Origin: an uncultured Christensenellaceae bacterium
GTDB lineage: Bacteria; Bacillota; Clostridia; Christensenellales; CAG-1252
Length of the DNA stretch: 64,000 bases
Direction: 5' to 3'
Assembly (NCBI GenBank): GCA_964368645.1
Contig: CAYJBY010000008.1
Coordinates: forward strand, 47,249-111,248
The notes under the pieces were generated by a model. It was not told the DNA's origin. It did no database searches and was given only the letters and a program-made list of their open reading frames with translations. Position 1 is the first letter of the stretch, and the number at the start of each line of letters is the position of its first letter. Made by a program: the position numbers and the translations under genes. Below, piece after piece: positions 45,787-55,346 of this stretch.

Positions 45787-46869
45787 ATGAGAAGCGCAAA
45801 AATTAAAAGCGATTTGATAGTGGCGGCTGTGGAGCGGTTGAACAAGGGCGAGCTTAACACACCGATTGAGATTAAGGGCAACGCCGCCGAAAAACGACTG
45901 CTTGCACTGCTTGACCAACTGCGGAAAAATATGCGCGACGCAAGAGACGAAACGCAGCGTATCGTCAGCGACAACAATACCGCCATTGCTAGCGTAGCTC
46001 ACGACCTGAAAACGCCCTTGGCGATTATCTCAGGTTACGCGGAGAGTTTGCAGGACGGTATCGACAATCAGGATTATCTCAGCCTTATTATCGAAAAAAC
46101 ACAGCAGATGAATCAGCAGGTGCTTACCCTTGTGGAAACCGCCAAGCAGGAACGGGAAACCGCTCCGCTTAACAGAGAACGAGTCAACGCAAGAGATTTT
46201 TTCGTAGAGGAATTCGGCAAGTACAGGAACCTTGCGAAAGCCAAAAACGTCACCCTTACCATAGGTAAGGCACCCAATGCGGTGCTGTATATCGATAAGG
46301 AACAAATCGCACGTGTGATACAGAATCTGCTTTCCAACGCCTTAAAATACACCCCTGAAAAGGGCAAAATCAAGGTAGGATTTAAGGCGTCGGGAGTCAA
46401 CCTTAGGGTTGCGGTTTGCGATAACGGAGAGGGTATTGCTAAGAAGAACCTTCCCTTTGTTTTTGACAAATTCTTCCGTGAGGATAAGGCGAGAACTAAC
46501 CTCAATTCAGGCTTGGGGCTGTATATTGCGAAGGACAGCATCGAAAAGCACGGCGGCTCTATCACCGTCAAAAGCGTCAAGTATCAGGGCAGCACCTTTA
46601 GCTTCTATCTTCCCCTCGAAAACGAAAAATCCCCTGCTAAGGACTTTTCCGCCGCTTTCGACTCACTGCCCCCTGCGGCACAATTAATCCTTGATATTTT
46701 CTGTGGGTGGTCAATCTGTTGGATTTACAGATTCGCAAGATATACAAAATTCAACCGCATTTCCACGTTGGCAGGCGCGTTTATCGCGTTCCCCTTGTTC
46801 GTGGTATTCTGGTTTTTGGACATCGGCTCGATACTCGCCTATAAGCATATAACCTATCTGGCAGAGTAA
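45787..46869 (+). CDS. Histidine kinase with no N-terminal sensor/TM region and a C-terminal two-helix membrane anchor
   Basis: H-box SVAHDLKTPL, N-box LLSNALKYTP, G-boxes DNGEGI and GLGLYIA. The last 75 aa or so are hydrophobic (LILDIFCGWSICWIY...AFIAFPLFVVFWFLDIGSILAY). Confidence 0.85.
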   Translation: MRSAKIKSDLIVAAVERLNKGELNTPIEIKGNAAEKRLLALLDQLRKNMRDARDETQRIVSDNNTAIASVAHDLKTPLAIISGYAESLQDGIDNQDYLSLIIEKTQQMNQQVLTLVETAKQERETAPLNRERVNARDFFVEEFGKYRNLAKAKNVTLTIGKAPNAVLYIDKEQIARVIQNLLSNALKYTPEKGKIKVGFKASGVNLRVAVCDNGEGIAKKNLPFVFDKFFREDKARTNLNSGLGLYIAKDSIEKHGGSITVKSVKYQGSTFSFYLPLENEKSPAKDFSAAFDSLPPAAQLILDIFCGWSICWIYRFARYTKFNRISTLAGAFIAFPLFVVFWFLDIGSILAYKHITYLAE

Positions 46870-46932
46870 TCGGGGCAAAAAAGCAAGCAAGTTTTTACGG
46901 TCAACGCCTTACCGTATATATAAAGGAGATTT

Positions 46933-47214
46933 ATGAAACACTATTTGCTGTTAAAGTTAAAAGACGGGGTTGTATCCGAACAGTATGCAAACGATATACG
47001 TCCTCTTTTTGAAAGAGTAGTCGCGGAAACGGACGGCGTGGAAGGGTGCAACGTGCTTGTAAACACGGTTGCAAGACCTAACAATTACGACGTAATGGTA
47101 ACGCTTATGCTATCACAGTGCGGACTTGACAATTACGTAAATTCCCCTCTTCATAAGGATTTTAAGGCTAACTACTTGAACGACGTGGAAAAGAAAGCCG
47201 TTTTTGACGACTAG
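46933..47214 (+). CDS. Dabb (stress-responsive alpha/beta-barrel) family protein
   Basis: 93 aa starting MKHYLLLKLKDGV. AAGGAGA RBS. Confidence 0.6.
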   Translation: MKHYLLLKLKDGVVSEQYANDIRPLFERVVAETDGVEGCNVLVNTVARPNNYDVMVTLMLSQCGLDNYVNSPLHKDFKANYLNDVEKKAVFDD

Positions 47215-47221
47215 GATTGAT

Positions 47222-47674
47222 ATGGATACGATACGAAAAATTACCGACAACGACAAGGCGGCTTACATCTCAATGGTAAACGAGTTCTACTCTACGGACG
47301 CCGTTATGGAACCGATACCTCTTAGTCGTATCGAAAACACCTTTAACGAGCTGATGACCTCGGAAACCTACGCGACTGCGTATATTATCGAATCGGACGG
47401 TCAGGCGGCAGGCTACGCGTTACTTGCGAAAACTTTTTCGCAGGAGGCAGGCGGAATAGTTATGTGGATTGAGGAGCTGTACGTACAGCCACGTTTCCGC
47501 GGCAAGGGCTTAGGCAATCTGTTCTTGGATTTCGCCGACAAAATGGACGCGGCGCGGTGGCGGCTTGAGGTTGAGGAGTACAACAAGGGCGCGGTTTCCT
47601 TGTACAAAAAGCACGGCTACAGTTTTATGCCCTATTCGGCAATGTTTAAGCAAAATCTAAAGAACGACGGCTAA
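47222..47674 (+). CDS. GNAT-family N-acetyltransferase
   Basis: Start moved to MDTIRKITDNDK. LYVQPRFRGKGLGNLFLDF acetyl-CoA motif. Confidence 0.8.
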   Translation: MDTIRKITDNDKAAYISMVNEFYSTDAVMEPIPLSRIENTFNELMTSETYATAYIIESDGQAAGYALLAKTFSQEAGGIVMWIEELYVQPRFRGKGLGNLFLDFADKMDAARWRLEVEEYNKGAVSLYKKHGYSFMPYSAMFKQNLKNDG

Positions 47675-47925
47675 GGGTTTTTGTTTTCTTGCGAGGTTCG
47701 TCGGCAACTGCCTTCGGACGAGAAATAACGCCGACCTAAGGCTATGCGCCGAAGAGAGAAAATAAGCACAGCGGATATTGCAATAGTTTTGGCTTATAGG
47801 CGCACTGTTTTTAGGGCTTTTGACGACTTATCGACCTGCTTTTTACCTTAATAAACCTTTGAAATGTCTTCGACTGAACCGAAAAGAGGGCAAAAACGGC
47901 CGTTTTTGGCGTAAAATGACTTACT

Positions 47926-47986
47926 TTGAAAATTTTTTGAAAATTTTCAAATAAAGGTATTGCTTTTCTCAAAAGTATGCTATAAT
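47926..47986 (+). promoter_or_regulatory. 11-bp tandem duplication / 14-bp perfect palindrome followed by an extended -10 promoter
   Basis: ttgaaaatttt x2 at 47926-47947. TTGAAAATTTTCAA palindrome at 47937-47950. TGcTATAAT at 47978-47986. Confidence 0.5.
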
Positions 47987-48074
47987 GTCTTTGATGTCAC
48001 TTTCTATTTTTACCTCGCAGTGCAAACTTCCCGTAAAAAATTAGCTTGTGCATAAATATTCATAGGAGGTATCA

Positions 48075-48251
48075 ATGATGGAAGACAAGAAACTTACCTG
48101 CAAGGATTGCGGAAAAGAATTTATTTTCACAGCCGGTGAGCAAGAGTTTTATCAGTCCAAGGGCTTTGAAAATGAGCCTACCCGTTGCCCTGAGTGCAGA
48201 AAAGCACACAAAGCAGCTAAGCAGAATTCCAGATTCAATAAGAAGTTCTAA
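48075..48251 (+). CDS. 58-aa zinc-ribbon protein (CxxC-x24-CxxC)
   Basis: Not in the ORF track. AGGAGG RBS. MMEDKKLTCKDCGKEFIFTAGEQEFYQSKGFENEPTRCPECRKAHKAAKQ..., a widespread small zinc-ribbon family. A strong terminator follows. Confidence 0.8.
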   Translation: MMEDKKLTCKDCGKEFIFTAGEQEFYQSKGFENEPTRCPECRKAHKAAKQNSRFNKKF

Positions 48252-48266
48252 TTCTACTGACAACCA

Positions 48267-48295
48267 AAAGGATTGCGCAAGCAATCCTTTTTTTC
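48267..48295 (+). terminator. Rho-independent terminator
   Basis: Stem aaaggattgc/gcaatccttt with loop gcaa, then T7. Confidence 0.85.
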
Positions 48296-48445
48296 GTCCT
48301 CGGAGTTCCGTATTCTTACCTTATATTTATTAATGACTACCTAACTGCTAACTCAACCAATTGACAAATTAATCTTGATACTACCCCTGCGATTTTTACT
48401 TAACACTAATTAAGAGCCACCCCACCAATTTACAACTAAGAAGTT

Positions 48446-48493
48446 TTGTTTACGTTACTGCTTGGTTTACGTTATTGTTTCGTTTACATCATA
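48446..48493. repeat. Three 16-nt tandem units (ttgtttacgttactgc / ttggtttacgttattg / tttcgtttacatcata)
   Basis: Read directly in a convergent-gene spacer. Confidence 0.7.
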
Positions 48494-48558
48494 AAAAAAT
48501 CAGCTATCTTAGATAACTGTTCTTTTTCGGCTTATCAGTCAAAATGCTTATTTGCTAA

Positions 48559-50583
48559 TTATTTCTTAGCGGCATCTTCCTCGGCACGCTTTTTAGCGTC
48601 CTCGATTATCTTGGCAGAGTTACTGGGAGGAACTTCCTCGTAACGCACGAACTCAACCGTGAACTTACCTCTGCCTTGAGTCATAGATCTCAGGTCGGTA
48701 GCGTACTTAAGAATTTCCGCTTGAGGAACTTCGACGTGGATAATCTGCTTGCCGTTAGCACTGTCGGTGCCTAATATTCTGCTGCGGCGCTTGTTCATAT
48801 CGCCCAGCACGTCGCCGAGGTAACTCTCGGGAACGGTGACCTTAACGTCCATAATAGGCTCAAGGAACACGGGACCTGCTTTCGCAACGCCGTCTGCATA
48901 AGCCAGCTTAGCAGCGGTAACGAAGGCGATTTCCTTAGAATCTACGGGGTGGTACTTACCGTCGAAAACGGTGCACTTCAGGTTGACCATAGGATAACCT
49001 GCAAGAACGCCCTTCTTAACAGCTTCTCTTAAGCCCTTTTCAACTGCGGGGATAAACTGCTTAGGTATTGCGCCGCCGACAACTGCGTCAACGAACTCGA
49101 ACAAACCGTCAGCCGCACCGGGCTCGAATCTAACGGAACAAACACCGAACTGACCTGCGCCGCCGGACTGCTTCTTATGCTTGCCTTCCGCTTCTGCGCT
49201 ACGTCTTACGGTCTCCTTGTAATTGACGCGAGGCTCTTTGAGAACTGCGTCAACGCCGAACTTGTTCTTAACCTTTCTGCAAACGATGTCAAGCTGTGCC
49301 TCGCCAAGACCGGAAAGGAGCATCTCGTTGGTTTCGGTATTCTTCTCCAGTTTGAAGGTGCAATCCTCTTCAAGGAGCTTGTTGATACCTGCGAAAACCT
49401 TCTCGTCGTCGTCCTGCTTTGCCGCGCTGACTGCGAAGGAAATAACCGGCTTCGGGAAGTCGATATCGTCGAACTTCACTACGTTGGCTTGGTCGCAAAG
49501 GGTGTGGTTGGTGTTGGTGTAGGACAGCTTGGCAACTGCGGCTATATCGCCTGCGATTACCTTATCGGTGGTCTCCTGCTTCTTGCCGTTGAGGGTGTAG
49601 AGGGAACCCATCTTCTCTGTCTTTTCGACGCTGCTGTTCAAAACGGTGTCGCCGGAATTAAGAACGCCGGAGAAAACCTTGAACACCAACAGCTTGCCTA
49701 CGAACTTGTCCACTACGCTCTTGAAAACCTGTGCCGCGAAGGGCTTGGTAGCGTCTGCGGTGGGAGCAGGCAGGAAGTGAATGATATTGTTCATCAAATT
49801 ATTGATATAGACGTTGTCCTTAGCGGAACCGCCTACTGCGATAATAGCCTTGTCGGTATTGACAGCCGCCTTTAAGCCGTTGATAACCTCGTCGTGAGTC
49901 AGCTCAACGCCGTCAAAATACTTCATCATCAGCTCGTCGTCGGTCTCTGCCGCCAATTCGACTGCTTCAACTCTCGCCTGATCGTAAACGTCCTGTAAGT
50001 TAGCGGGGATATCGATCTCCTTGCCGCTTACGTCGTAAGCCTTGCCCTCAAGCACGTTGACGTAGCCTGTGATCTTCAAACCGCTGACTATGGGTATCTC
50101 TGCCATAACGACTTTCTTATAACCTGCGTCGCGGATAGCGTTGACGGTAGCTACGAAGTCGGCGTTCTCTTTGTTAACGCCGTTGACGTACAGTATAGCG
50201 GGAATCTGTCTTTCGCTTACCAAATCAAGAGCCTTCTCGGTACCTACGGTCAAAGCTCCGCCTGCGCTGGTAACGATAACCGCGCCGTCAGCTACTCTTA
50301 AAGCCGCAATAACCTCGCCCTCGAAATCAAAGAATCCGGGAGTGTCCAGTATGTTAATCTTGTTGTCGTTCCATTTAGCGTTGCCGATGCCCAAGCCGAT
50401 TGATATTTTGCGGTTAATCTCCTCGGGATCGTAGTCCATAGTGCTGTTGCCGTCATCTACTCTGCCAAGTCTGTCGATAGCCTTAGCATTGAAGAGCATA
50501 GCTTCGGCAACGGAGGTCTTACCCTCGCCGCTGTGACCGATAAGCGCTACGTTACGGATTCTGTCAGTTGTTAAATTACTCAT
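48559..50583 (-). CDS. Elongation factor G-family GTPase (EF-G2-like paralog)
   Basis: G1 motif GHSGEGKTS, DTPGFFDF, NGVNK, and EF-G domains II-V at full length (674 aa). Confidence 0.85.
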   Translation of the reverse strand: MSNLTTDRIRNVALIGHSGEGKTSVAEAMLFNAKAIDRLGRVDDGNSTMDYDPEEINRKISIGLGIGNAKWNDNKINILDTPGFFDFEGEVIAALRVADGAVIVTSAGGALTVGTEKALDLVSERQIPAILYVNGVNKENADFVATVNAIRDAGYKKVVMAEIPIVSGLKITGYVNVLEGKAYDVSGKEIDIPANLQDVYDQARVEAVELAAETDDELMMKYFDGVELTHDEVINGLKAAVNTDKAIIAVGGSAKDNVYINNLMNNIIHFLPAPTADATKPFAAQVFKSVVDKFVGKLLVFKVFSGVLNSGDTVLNSSVEKTEKMGSLYTLNGKKQETTDKVIAGDIAAVAKLSYTNTNHTLCDQANVVKFDDIDFPKPVISFAVSAAKQDDDEKVFAGINKLLEEDCTFKLEKNTETNEMLLSGLGEAQLDIVCRKVKNKFGVDAVLKEPRVNYKETVRRSAEAEGKHKKQSGGAGQFGVCSVRFEPGAADGLFEFVDAVVGGAIPKQFIPAVEKGLREAVKKGVLAGYPMVNLKCTVFDGKYHPVDSKEIAFVTAAKLAYADGVAKAGPVFLEPIMDVKVTVPESYLGDVLGDMNKRRSRILGTDSANGKQIIHVEVPQAEILKYATDLRSMTQGRGKFTVEFVRYEEVPPSNSAKIIEDAKKRAEEDAAKK

Positions 50584-50680
50584 TATTTCATTACCCTCCG
50601 GTAAAAATTAGCTTATGCCTTTAATATATTACTATATAAAAAGAGTTTAGACAAGCAATTTTAGAGGGCTTTTTTCATTT

Positions 50681-51382
50681 TTAATTCAAAAGCCGTGCAA
50701 GCGTCTCCGCATATTCGGCGGTTTTATCCGCGCCTGAAAAGATTATTTCCACCTCCGCGTCCGTTTTACCTATCAATCTGTTAAAGAGTTTTACCAATTT
50801 CCTAATTAAAAGTTCCCCGCCCTCGTAGATAACCGCATCTGGATACAGCTCCGTAAACAGCTCCCTGCACAGCGCGTAGTGAGTACAGCCCAAGACTACG
50901 CCCTTGTATCCGCCATTAGGCAAATTCTCCCTAAGATACGAACGAAGCGTCTTAGCATCGCCGCCCTTCTCGATTAATCCTGCAAGCTTAGGAAGCGGAC
51001 AAAGCAACACGCCGCCCTTAGTATAGTCGCGGCGCACCCTTTCGATAGTTCCCTCGGTTCCCGTTACCAAAAGCGGACGGGCGACAGCCTCAACGACAGG
51101 CGGTCTTACCCCGAAAATCGGATAATCTGCCAACAGGCGCAGCTTATTAAGCGCGGCGGTGGTTGCCGTGTTGCAAGCGATAATCACTGCGTTCGCCCCC
51201 ATTTTGCGCATAATTTCGCAACCTCTCATCGTCAGTGCGAAAAGTTCCTCTGCCGACTTGCCGCCGTAGGGAGCGTTGCGGTTATCCGCGTAAAACACGT
51301 ATCTTTCGGATAGACCTGCCTTAATGGCCTCCGCCAGCACCGCTAAACCGCCCTTGCCGCTGTCCATAATCCCGATTACCAT
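50681..51382 (-). CDS. murI: Glutamate racemase (short form)
   Basis: IGIMDSGKGGL, IIACNTAT and VLGCTHY catalytic Cys motifs. Confidence 0.8.
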   Translation of the reverse strand: MVIGIMDSGKGGLAVLAEAIKAGLSERYVFYADNRNAPYGGKSAEELFALTMRGCEIMRKMGANAVIIACNTATTAALNKLRLLADYPIFGVRPPVVEAVARPLLVTGTEGTIERVRRDYTKGGVLLCPLPKLAGLIEKGGDAKTLRSYLRENLPNGGYKGVVLGCTHYALCRELFTELYPDAVIYEGGELLIRKLVKLFNRLIGKTDAEVEIIFSGADKTAEYAETLARLLN

Positions 51383-51448
51383 AATATAGGATATGTAGCG
51401 AGCCGCGGTAAAACTACACCTTAAGCCGTCAACGCGAAAAAAGAGTTT

Positions 51449-52198
51449 TCAGCTCATAGTTTTGGTCAGTGCCCTTGCGATTATCGACGCTCCTCTCTTG
51501 ACCATAACGTCGATTTCCCTCGGAGTCACCACCATTTCTCCGTACCGCGGATGGTCGGTTGTGTAGCTGACTAAGGGCATACCCACAGCGATTACGGGAA
51601 CGCCCAAAGTCGTTTTGTCCAAGCTCTTGCGGCGGTTTCCCACTCCGGCGCCGGGGGATATTCCTGCGTCGGTTATCTGAATCGTGTTGAACATATTTTC
51701 GGGGGAACGGCAGGCTAAGGTATCCACAGCCACCAGCAAATCAGGCTTGATTGCGGCGACAACGCCTTGAACCACGTCCGAGCTTTCAACGCCCGTTTCG
51801 CCGAAAACCGAGGGGATAACCGTCTTTATCCTTTCGCCGTGAAACCTCTCGTTAAGCAGAGAGGCGGTTTCCGTGCCTAAAGAATCCGCCCTCATTTTGG
51901 AGTTACCCAAGCCTGCCACAAGAACGGTTTTCGTGCGGATTCTGTTCTGCCTTATAAGCTTTTCAAAGGCGTTGGCGGTAACTCGCACCGCTTCCTTTTG
52001 CAGGTAGGGCATAAGCAGATTATCCTTGAATTCCAGACTCAAATAATCCCCCTCGCCGCGGCCGAATAAGCCTCTGGCTTCCTTGCCCTCTACGCGAAAA
52101 CGCCGAAGACTTACGTTTTCGGATAAAACCGTCACCTTTTCGTCCTCGCTGCGAAGACGGGAGCAACACTCCCAAGCCAACTCTTTATATATATCCAT
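51449..52198 (-). CDS. gpr: GPR endopeptidase (spore germination protease), short form
   Basis: VAGLGNSKMRADSLG and ITDAGISPGAGVGNRRKSL...LGVPVIAVGMPLV match the GPR family. Classic adjacency to rpsT. Confidence 0.7.
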   Translation of the reverse strand: MDIYKELAWECCSRLRSEDEKVTVLSENVSLRRFRVEGKEARGLFGRGEGDYLSLEFKDNLLMPYLQKEAVRVTANAFEKLIRQNRIRTKTVLVAGLGNSKMRADSLGTETASLLNERFHGERIKTVIPSVFGETGVESSDVVQGVVAAIKPDLLVAVDTLACRSPENMFNTIQITDAGISPGAGVGNRRKSLDKTTLGVPVIAVGMPLVSYTTDHPRYGEMVVTPREIDVMVKRGASIIARALTKTMS

Positions 52199-52244
52199 AA
52201 ACCAATTATTTCCGCAAAAAAACTTAAATAATACTTTTAATCAG

Positions 52245-52273
52245 TTGTCATTTTATTTTTTGTGTGGTAGAAT
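52245..52273 (+). promoter_or_regulatory. rpsT promoter
   Basis: TTGTCA, 17 nt, TAGAAT. Confidence 0.55.
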
Positions 52274-52308
52274 ACTTTAGCAACTAAAATCTTAAGGAGA
52301 TATTTAAC

Positions 52309-52575
52309 GTGGCTAATATTAAGTCCCAGAAAAAGCGCGTGCTGGTCAGCGCTGAAGAAAACAAGAGAAATACCGCTATCCGTTCCAAGGTTAAGAACGC
52401 TGTCAAGAAATATATGGCACTCATCGACGCTAAGGACGTAGAAGCTGCTGAGAAGCTCATTCCCGAGACCGTAAGCATCATCAATAAGGCTAGATCTTCC
52501 GGCGTTTATAAGGATAATACCGCTTCCCGCAAAATCGCTACCCTTTACAAGGCTCTTAACGCGATTAAGGCGTAA
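52309..52575 (+). CDS. rpsT: 30S ribosomal protein S20
   Basis: GTG start, AAGGAGA RBS. MANIKSQKKRVLVSAEENKRNTAIRSKVKNAVKK. Confidence 0.95.
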   Translation: MANIKSQKKRVLVSAEENKRNTAIRSKVKNAVKKYMALIDAKDVEAAEKLIPETVSIINKARSSGVYKDNTASRKIATLYKALNAIKA

Positions 52576-52662
52576 GTTTATTTCCTATACAATAAGTTTG
52601 CAAGATGGATTGAGGATTGTTGCGTAAGGCGGCAGTTTCAATCCATTTTTGGGTATATTTCA

Positions 52663-53541
52663 ATGAACGCAACCAACCGCTACGAGATTATTTGCAACCC
52701 CAAGGCAGGGGGCGGCAACAGTCTGATTGCACTGGCTATAACCCGTGATATTTTTACGCAGGCAAAAGCGGACTTTGAGTATATCCTCACCACCGCACCG
52801 GGACACGCTACCCGACTGGCATCGGAGCTGTACGGCAAAGGACGGCGGAATTTTGTAGTCATAGGCGGCGACGGCACTATCGGCGAGGTGCTTAACGGTC
52901 TGCCCTCCCTCAAGGACGTTAATATCGGAATAATTCCCGGCGGCACAGGCAACGACTTCGCTCTTCCTATGGGTATCCCTTCCGATTATTCCGAGGCGGC
53001 GTTGACCGTGCTTTCCTGCCGTGCCAAACCCGTTGACCTGATGAACGCCAACGATATCAAGGTGTCCTGCTTTGCCACAACAGGCATAGATATCGCTGTC
53101 GTCAATTATTGCAACTCCCTCAAGAAAAAAAGAAAAAACAGCTATATGCACGGCACGCTCAAGGCTCTTTTCGGCTACAAGGCCGATACCTACCGCATTA
53201 CCGTGGACGGCAAAAGCTTTGAAACAAAGGCCGCTTTTGTGGCGGTGCTGAACAACGGCGTTTTGGCGTCAGGCGTTAAGCTTTGTCCGCCTGCGTCCTG
53301 TATGGACGGCGTTGTCGATTTGCTGATAATGGAGGACGGCGGCTTTTGGGGCAACCTTAAAAGCTTTTACTTTATTTCCAAGGGGAAAGCATTGCTATCG
53401 CCTTACGTAAAGCACCTTACAGGCAAGGATATCACTATCGCACCTACCTCGCTTAAGATTTTCGATTTGGACGGTGAGCTTAAGGAAATGGAAGAAATGC
53501 ACGTTACCGCAATGCCTAACGCCTTAAACGTAATCAGGTAG
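52663..53541 (+). CDS. Diacylglycerol/lipid kinase family protein (YegS/DagK/BmrU-like)
   Basis: VVIGGDGTIGEVLNG and PGGTGNDFA motifs. Confidence 0.85.
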   Translation: MNATNRYEIICNPKAGGGNSLIALAITRDIFTQAKADFEYILTTAPGHATRLASELYGKGRRNFVVIGGDGTIGEVLNGLPSLKDVNIGIIPGGTGNDFALPMGIPSDYSEAALTVLSCRAKPVDLMNANDIKVSCFATTGIDIAVVNYCNSLKKKRKNSYMHGTLKALFGYKADTYRITVDGKSFETKAAFVAVLNNGVLASGVKLCPPASCMDGVVDLLIMEDGGFWGNLKSFYFISKGKALLSPYVKHLTGKDITIAPTSLKIFDLDGELKEMEEMHVTAMPNALNVIR

Positions 53542-53592
53542 CACCGAATTATTTGCTTAACACCATATTAATCACCGTATTAATTGATTATA

Positions 53593-53628
53593 AAAACACC
53601 GAAAGTTATTAAAGCTTTCGGTGTTTTA
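53593..53628 (+). terminator. Rho-independent terminator
   Basis: Stem aacaccgaaag/ctttcggtgtt, followed by TT. Confidence 0.6.
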
Positions 53629-53630
53629 CA

Positions 53631-53657
53631 TAAAAAACGGCGGAAATACTCCGCCGT
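53631..53657 (-). terminator. Rho-independent terminator (minus strand)
   Basis: Stem acggcgg/ccgccgt with T5-6 on the minus strand, downstream of the ABC operon. Confidence 0.55.
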
Positions 53658-53785
53658 TATGTTAAAAATTAATTCGTTTTGATTAAGCAATTATCCCAAC
53701 TTCTCACCGAAGACAGTTCGTTCTAAGCTACTTGGCTTAAAACTCGCGTTTGTCAGCGGTTAGTTTAGTTGAAAATCGTTTCCGA

Positions 53786-54649
53786 TTATTGCAGTACCTT
53801 AGATAAGAACTCCTGCAATCTGGCATTCTTCGGCTCCTCGAAAATCTGCTTGGGAGTACCCTCTTCCGCGATTTTGCCGCCGTCCATAAACAGGATTCTC
53901 GTACCGACTTCTTTGGCAAAGCCCATTTCGTGGGTAACTATAATCATAGTCATTCCATCGTCGGCAAGCTCCTTGATAACTGCCAATACCTCGCCGACCA
54001 TCTCGGGGTCCAATGCGGAAGTAGGCTCGTCAAAAAGCATCACCTTGGGGTTCATCGCCAAGGCGCGGACTATTGCGATACGCTGTTTTTGTCCGCCCGA
54101 AAGAGTGGAGGGATAGGTATTAGCCTTATCCTCAAGTCCGATGCGCTGTAGCAGTCTGATTGCGTTGGCTTTCGCGTCCGCCTTAATCGCCTTTTCCGTA
54201 GTAGTGATGGGGATTAAGTCCTTAGGATGTTTTTTGTTGAATGCGTTGTATATCTTGAAAAAGAAGTTCTTAATCTTGTTCTTACGCAAAGCATTAACGC
54301 CGATTTTTATAGGAGCGAGGGTTATGTTACCCAATATGGTATAATTGTTGAACAGGTTAAACTGCTGAAATACCATACCCATATGCTGACGGTGTACGTT
54401 GATATTGACCTTAAAATCAGCAATATCCACGCCCTCGAAGATTATTGAGCCGCCGCTGGGATCCTCTAAGCAGTTAAGACAGCGCAGAAACGTGCTTTTA
54501 CCACTGCCCGAAGGTCCGATTATGACTACCTTTTCGCCCTCGTTAATCTCCGTACTTATGTCGTCTAATACCAATAAGCTGCCAAACTTTTTCGTGAGGT
54601 TGTTGACTTTTATCATACACTGCTGTTGTTCAGTTTTTACGTCTGTCAC
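53786..54649 (-). CDS. Polar amino-acid ABC transporter ATP-binding protein (GlnQ/ArtP-like) with an insertion of about 35 aa
   Basis: GTG start with an [26 protein letters not shown] and [10 protein letters not shown] motifs. Extra Lys-rich segment [35 protein letters not shown]. Confidence 0.9.
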   Translation of the reverse strand: MTDVKTEQQQCMIKVNNLTKKFGSLLVLDDISTEINEGEKVVIIGPSGSGKSTFLRCLNCLEDPSGGSIIFEGVDIADFKVNINVHRQHMGMVFQQFNLFNNYTILGNITLAPIKIGVNALRKNKIKNFFFKIYNAFNKKHPKDLIPITTTEKAIKADAKANAIRLLQRIGLEDKANTYPSTLSGGQKQRIAIVRALAMNPKVMLFDEPTSALDPEMVGEVLAVIKELADDGMTMIIVTHEMGFAKEVGTRILFMDGGKIAEEGTPKQIFEEPKNARLQEFLSKVLQ

Positions 54650-55337
54650 TTCTGCCCAACCTCCTTTCGATAAGTTTCACCCCAATGGTGATTATGATAA
54701 CCAAAACCAGATAAATAGCCGCCAGTATCAGATAGGGAATTATGTACTCGTAATTAGCTCCTGCAATGCCCCTAAAGGCTTTCGTCAAGTCAACTACGGT
54801 GATAAAGCTGACAACCGAGGTCTCCTTAATCAGCACGATAAACTCGTTGCCTAAGGTGGGCAATATGTTCTTGATTGCCTGCGGTATGACTATCTTAAGC
54901 ATAGTCTGTCCGTAGCTTAAACCCAAGGAACGCCCTGCTTCCATCTGCCCTACGTCAACGGATTGAATACCGCTTCGCATTATCTCCGAAACGTACGCGC
55001 CGCTGTTCATACCGAATACGATTACGGCGACAACCAACGCGCTGTCAACTATGATGTTCATAGCCGGCAAAAGTACGTAATACGCCAACAGAAGCTGAAC
55101 GACCATAGGCGTGCCTCTGAAGAAACCGATATATACGTCTGCGATACGGCTCATTATACGAGGTGCCAGCTTGTACTGAGGAACGACCTTGGTTATAGCC
55201 AACAGCGTACCGATAACAATACCGATAAGCAAACCGCAAACGGCTATTATTAACGTATTTTGGAGGCCATCGAGTACAGTTCGATAGCCTCCGTAATCTA
55301 TAAATTGTTTAGTAAATACTTGCCATTTTGCGGCCAT
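54630..55337 (-). CDS. Polar amino-acid ABC transporter permease
   Basis: [25 protein letters not shown]-loop motif. Confidence 0.9.
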   Translation of the reverse strand: MAAKWQVFTKQFIDYGGYRTVLDGLQNTLIIAVCGLLIGIVIGTLLAITKVVPQYKLAPRIMSRIADVYIGFFRGTPMVVQLLLAYYVLLPAMNIIVDSALVVAVIVFGMNSGAYVSEIMRSGIQSVDVGQMEAGRSLGLSYGQTMLKIVIPQAIKNILPTLGNEFIVLIKETSVVSFITVVDLTKAFRGIAGANYEYIIPYLILAAIYLVLVIIITIGVKLIERRLGRSDRRKN

Positions 55338-55346
55338 TTTTTCTCC

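Noticed and set aside
48031-48052. A shared roughly 18-nt word GTAAAAA(A)TTAGCTT(G/A)TGC, upstream of the zinc-ribbon gene and again near 50601-50620 upstream of the EF-G paralog.
   Set aside because: It is AT-rich, imperfect (one indel and one mismatch), and in opposite orientation relative to the two genes. A near-match of this length is roughly expected by chance among all pairs in 64 kb.
48559-50583. Tet(M)/Tet(O)-type ribosomal protection protein.
   Set aside because: The N-terminus and length (674 aa, GHSGEGKTS, full domain IV) fit EF-G-like paralogs rather than the roughly 640-aa Tet(M) family. There is no resistance-island context.
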